This document shows positions 59,346-64,000 of a stretch of DNA of 64,000 nt, piece after piece. Every line of letters starts with the position of its first letter. Position 1 is the first letter of the stretch. The notes below the pieces were generated by a model. It saw only the letters and a list, made by a program, of their open reading frames with translations. It was not told where the DNA came from and did no database searches. The DNA comes from Ginglymostoma cirratum (Eukaryota). The DNA is taken from the NCBI GenBank assembly GCA_024137785.1, contig JAHRHZ010000085.1, forward strand, positions 13,661,272 to 13,725,271, given 5' to 3'. Position numbers and translations under genes: made by a program.

Positions 59346-61589
59346 ATTATTTTCTGAACTCAAGCTTGACTCAACAGGCTCACAGGCTGATGATGGTGAG
59401 GTCTTTGCCCAATTATGTATTTACACCTTGCTCAGAGGCCTCCATTACTATTGCCACTCTGGAGGCAGAGAACAAATATTAGTTGCTGTCCTAATGACTG
59501 ATATTACTTGAAGCGTTTAAAAGTAAACAACAAATATATTTATCTAACACCTTACCACATCGCTCACAAACATGCAAAGCCGCTTCATTTGATTACATCA
59601 CGTAGTTACTGTTACATGGGCAAATAGAACGGTACAAAGCCCAGTGTTTCTGATGTCATCCTGGAGGCTGACAGAGCTTTCACAGAAAGGGATCCGACAT
59701 TTAGGAGACTCAGATAGCAACATAAATCATGATTAAGAAAGCAATCATTGTGCAAAGTTAACAGAGTGATCGCAGTGTATTGCTGTCAGCTTTTCCCCAA
59801 GTTTCCCTTATTCCTTTCAGCAAAAAATCCTGCCTTTAGTGCCTTTAACATAGTAAAACATCCCAAAGTTTTTCATAGGAGGTTTTGGCAGGGAATTCCT
59901 GAGCTATGAAATACACCATTCATACTTTTCAACAAGCTTTTTCTTTCCCCTCTACACAATAATTTTGCAGGAATTTTGAACTTTTCCTCCTCATATGTTG
60001 ACATTCTCAGTGAGTTGCAGATGATATCAGATAGTTTTCAATGAGCAAGGGCATTCACCCAATGAAAAAAGCAGAATTTTCTCCTGATCCAGTATAATAT
60101 GTTAAAATGATACTTCTTTAGATTTTGCACTTTTATTAAGAGGTCAACTCATCTTCCTCTCTGTATTCTCTTAAACTGTGTCTGCATTTCTACAGTTTGA
60201 AATGATCCCCAATTCCTTATATCTTGTTACCATGAACCACCTCCGCATCCCTCTCCCCCTAGGCCCTGCAGGTCTAACAGCCCTATACCCATGAATGCCT
60301 GACCTCCCATTGGTACCCTGTTGGGCACCAAGCATCCACGGGCCTCTTTCTCCTCTGCTCCAGATGTCCTGTACCTGTGAGGGCACAGCCTGTGTCCACA
60401 AGTCCCAATCCACCACAGTGCCAGGGAGCAATCCTCCCCCCTCCCTATTGCCCCAAATCCCAGCATCCTTCATCCCATCACACCACCGCCCACTGGGCAG
60501 CATGTGCCTGTGACCTCCCAACCAGCATTATGCCAACACAATCTCTCTGACAGGCTGTACTTTCAGTTCCATTTAAGTAGTTGGTGTAATTGTAACAAAC
60601 AAGACTAATTAATGTGCTGCCGAACTTGTTTCAAACAACAGAATGTAATTACACAGTTGCAGGTAATTTGCTATGAGGGGAGGAAGTGGTCCCTGTTGCA
60701 TTCTGTTTTTCAATCACTCCTCAGCTCAGCTAATTACAGCAAACTCACCTGAGCCAGCATTATCTACCTGATCCCCAGCGTGGTCTTCCTTGCCCAGAGT
60801 GTGCAACCTGGAGCAGGTCATTTCACCTACTTTGCAAAGTCCCGCTGATCTTTTACAAGGTAAATACTGCAGTTCTCAGGTCAACCTGCTTAGCCTCTAG
60901 ATTACAACTTGTAATCTGCACTGAACTGTGGCTAAATTACTATGTCCAATCTCACGAATCTGACTGGCTATCTCCAAGGTGCTGTGCAAGATCCCAAAGA
61001 AGGAAAGTCTAAAGCGAGCCAACTGACGTACCCACACCTTCAGGTAACCTGGTCCATGTAGGTATTAGATGGGAGGAAGGAGTGGTCACATGTCAAGGTG
61101 AATCTGTTTGTACTAGGGATTTCCAAGTGTAACTCCCTGATCATGCTGATACTGGAGCAGTATTCACTTGCAACTGAATTTCTAAGTGGTATGCACAGTA
61201 CTCCCAGAAAATCACAAACATAGTCAGCAAGAACATTTATGGTACCAGAGACTTTGACAATAACTGGTCTGACACTGGTGCAGGCATACGGGCAGTGAAA
61301 AATTGGAAAGGCAGGTTATCACGTGAACCAAGATACAATTGGGACAAAGGCGCAGATGACTAGAAAAGAACAGTATCGATAGAAGCCTGGGGAGCAGGTT
61401 AATGACTGACCCTGTCATATAATCATGCCAAAGAAAGACAGAAAGAGAAGAAATAATTCAAAAGACTGGAAGAGTGAAGAGTAAAGGTGACAGAGAGAAA
61501 GTTACAACCCACTAATTTGCCAACAAGACTTCCAACAGACAGCATAAGCTTTGTGTTCTGAATCAGTTCTTGAGTGGAGCAATTTATTA

Positions 61590-61770
61590 ACATCTTCCAA
61601 ACCCATGATCACTACCATCTCGAAGAACATGGGCAGCAAATACCTGGAAGTACTACCACCTGCACGGATGTCTCCAAGTCACTCACCAGCCTGACTTGGA
61701 AATATATTGCCGTTCCTGCACTGTCACTGAGGCAAACTCCTGGAACTCCTTCCCCAACAGGATTGTGGGC
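61590..61770 (+). mobile_element. Second LINE family fragment
   Basis: cttccaaaccc...gggcagcaaatac...cctgacttggaaatatattgccgttcct is homologous to 52200-52440. Confidence 0.75.
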
Positions 61771-64000
61771 CAGCATTTATTGCTCATCCCTAATTGTCCT
61801 TGAGGTGGTTGTGGGGTCTGCGTTCTTGAACTACAGCAGATCTTCTGCATCAGTCCATAACATTTTAATTATCAATGTTCATGGGCTGCCTATTTCTTAT
61901 GACCTTCAAAGCAATATCTATTTCGTGTTATGGTCCCTCTCTTTTACTAAAATCCAGCAAATATTTCCTTTTCAAGTATTTATCAGACTCCTTTCTGAAC
62001 ATCTCTACTGAATCTGCACTCACCACCCTTTCAGGCTCTGAATTCCAGTTCACAATTTCTCATCAAGGAAGAGAGAAAATCTCATCTCCCTTCTGGATGC
62101 ATTGCATCATGTATTATGGAGTGGAAATTGCAGTTTTTTATATAATGGGCACACATTATGCGTCTGCATCTGTAGAGGTTTTACTGGCCAACCTGTATAC
62201 ATGAACATATAAGAAAAAACAGACAAGGTAAAAGCAGCTGGGCATCAAACCGTACTATACCTGCTCCATCATCCTTCATCCTTCCCTACATCCCCTGGAT
62301 ACATAAACTAGGGGCAATATGGGAGTGTTTGAAACCAATTTTAAAAGACTTGTCTTTCACCCCCACCCCCACCCCCAGCTGCCTTGGAAATAACTGGCCT
62401 GTGCTGTGGAGTGGAGCTGAAGAGGGTGTAGTGGCAAAAGGAAGGCAGGTTGGTCACACGGCTCTGCAACATTGGTCTCCGGCAGCTTTGTTCGAAGATT
62501 TGAGAGAGTTCTGCTCATTATTTGGCTCTATTTATGCCGCACCTCCTGGATTCAAGTGAGTTCTGAGCATCTAGTGAACTTAGACCTGATGTATTTCCCT
62601 GATGGAAGATCATTGCATTCAGCAAATAAAGCTATGTGCCCCAAGCCTATTTGAACAACACAAATTGTACTATCAAGACAACCCAGCAGGTTGAACAGGG
62701 ATGAGACCCAATTATTCGCACCCTGATGCACAGGTCACCAAAGGGCAGTCTGGTTGATACAGCTGCTCGACAACTTTAGCCTGTACTAGGATTGACGCAC
62801 TGAATTCTCTTTGGTCTCGAACCTTTTTCCCTTTAATGTCTACCAGGCAGCAGCTTCTAGCCTGGGTCTGCAGGCATTGGCTGATGTGAAACAGGGTGCA
62901 CTAGGTGAGCAGCAGCTGAGGGTACAACCCAGTACCATATTTTTGATAATAAACATGCATCTTGCAGGGTCACAGAAAGAGCTTGTTAAAATACTATCTG
63001 CTTCAGAGCATGCAGGAGTTTCACATGGAGTTCACTGGACACCACGCTCACAGGGTAATGCTGGCCCCTGCTCCAGAAATGTCTACGGAAGCAAATCCTA
63101 TTTACAAGCCTTCATTGCCAAGACAGTGTGAGCACTCCTTGCAATATAAAACACACAGTTACACTCTACCCAGACAGCTCCTAGGGACCGAAAGCATATT
63201 CCGTCTTTCCTCAAGTTTCACAATTGTATGCAACATTTAGCAGGAGAAATCCGAGGGCAATTTTCCAGTGATCGTTTGGGTAATGGAAGGGAAGAGTGTT
63301 TGAGAGTTTGGTCAGTAGAAACATTTGAACCGCTTGGCTGATGAATGGGACTGATCATTGGGGAGCAGTTTGCCTGGTGTTAAAATAGCCCCAGTGCCAG
63401 TTCAGCCAAACAGACATGCTCAATGATTTTAATTGTGGGTGTACTTTCAGAGGTTAGGTGTGAAATGCAGGATAGCTTTGTCAGGGCCGAAATTTCTGGT
63501 CCAGGGGTAGTCCAAAATTCAGGAGAGTTCACACTTTTAAAAAAATATTCTAAAAGGTTGTGCATTCCTGAAGAAGGTAGAATCGTAGAAAATGACTGCA
63601 AAAAAACCCAAAGATCTTACGAATGGAAGATGAAGGTTCACAGAGCTCAGAGCTTGTAGTCTAAATTGTTTTGTTGGTTGATGTATCTCTGGGACAGTGT
63701 CCACACGAATCCAAAGCTAAACCTGTTAAATCCAAAGAGATGAGCCTCCATCAGTATTTACTTTGTTCAGTTGTTTGACTTGTAGGCTGCTCAGTGACCT
63801 CAATCTCCACCTATCCCTAATCTGTTGGTGTTTACAATGTCGCCAGGCTGCACCTGGTGCCCGCTTGTTTGAGCATAAAGAGAAGCAGCTGTTTTTCGGC
63901 TTCAGCTTACTGATAAAACCTGTAATTTTCCTCTGTTGTTTACTGGAGAGGGGAAAGGCACATCCCTATGTACTCACTACACATTATCCAGGTGTCACAC

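Overview
Eukaryotic genomic DNA, almost certainly from a shark or other elasmobranch. HE1 SINEs, HER1-like CR1 LINEs and Deu-domain SINEs point there; a carpet shark is a guess. The only host coding sequence I can support is one 161-bp minus-strand exon (6582-6742) of a G-protein alpha-o gene, equivalent to GNAO1 exon 4. The rest is intron: more than 6.5 kb downstream and apparently more than 57 kb upstream. It is filled with decayed mobile elements: two defective Ty3/Gypsy (Mag/K02A2.6-like) copies, four solo LTRs of the same family, a 5'-intact CR1 LINE, many CR1/L2 fragments, at least four SINE families, and Penelope-like terminal fragments with hammerhead-like cores and 9-15 bp TSDs. Most ORFs in the track are spurious or TE remnants. 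I found no convincing wholly new biological system. Best second-look items: (1) three identical inactivating lesions in both Gypsy copies, suggesting a non-autonomous master; (2) a 400-N gap that is probably an artefact inside a Penelope hairpin; (3) a 32-bp-period CCAAT array beside the exon's splice acceptor; (4) clustered RFX X-boxes; (5) an unclassified ~210-bp repeat with residual coding signal. All family assignments come from recall and hand alignment, not database searches, and boundaries of old repeats are approximate.
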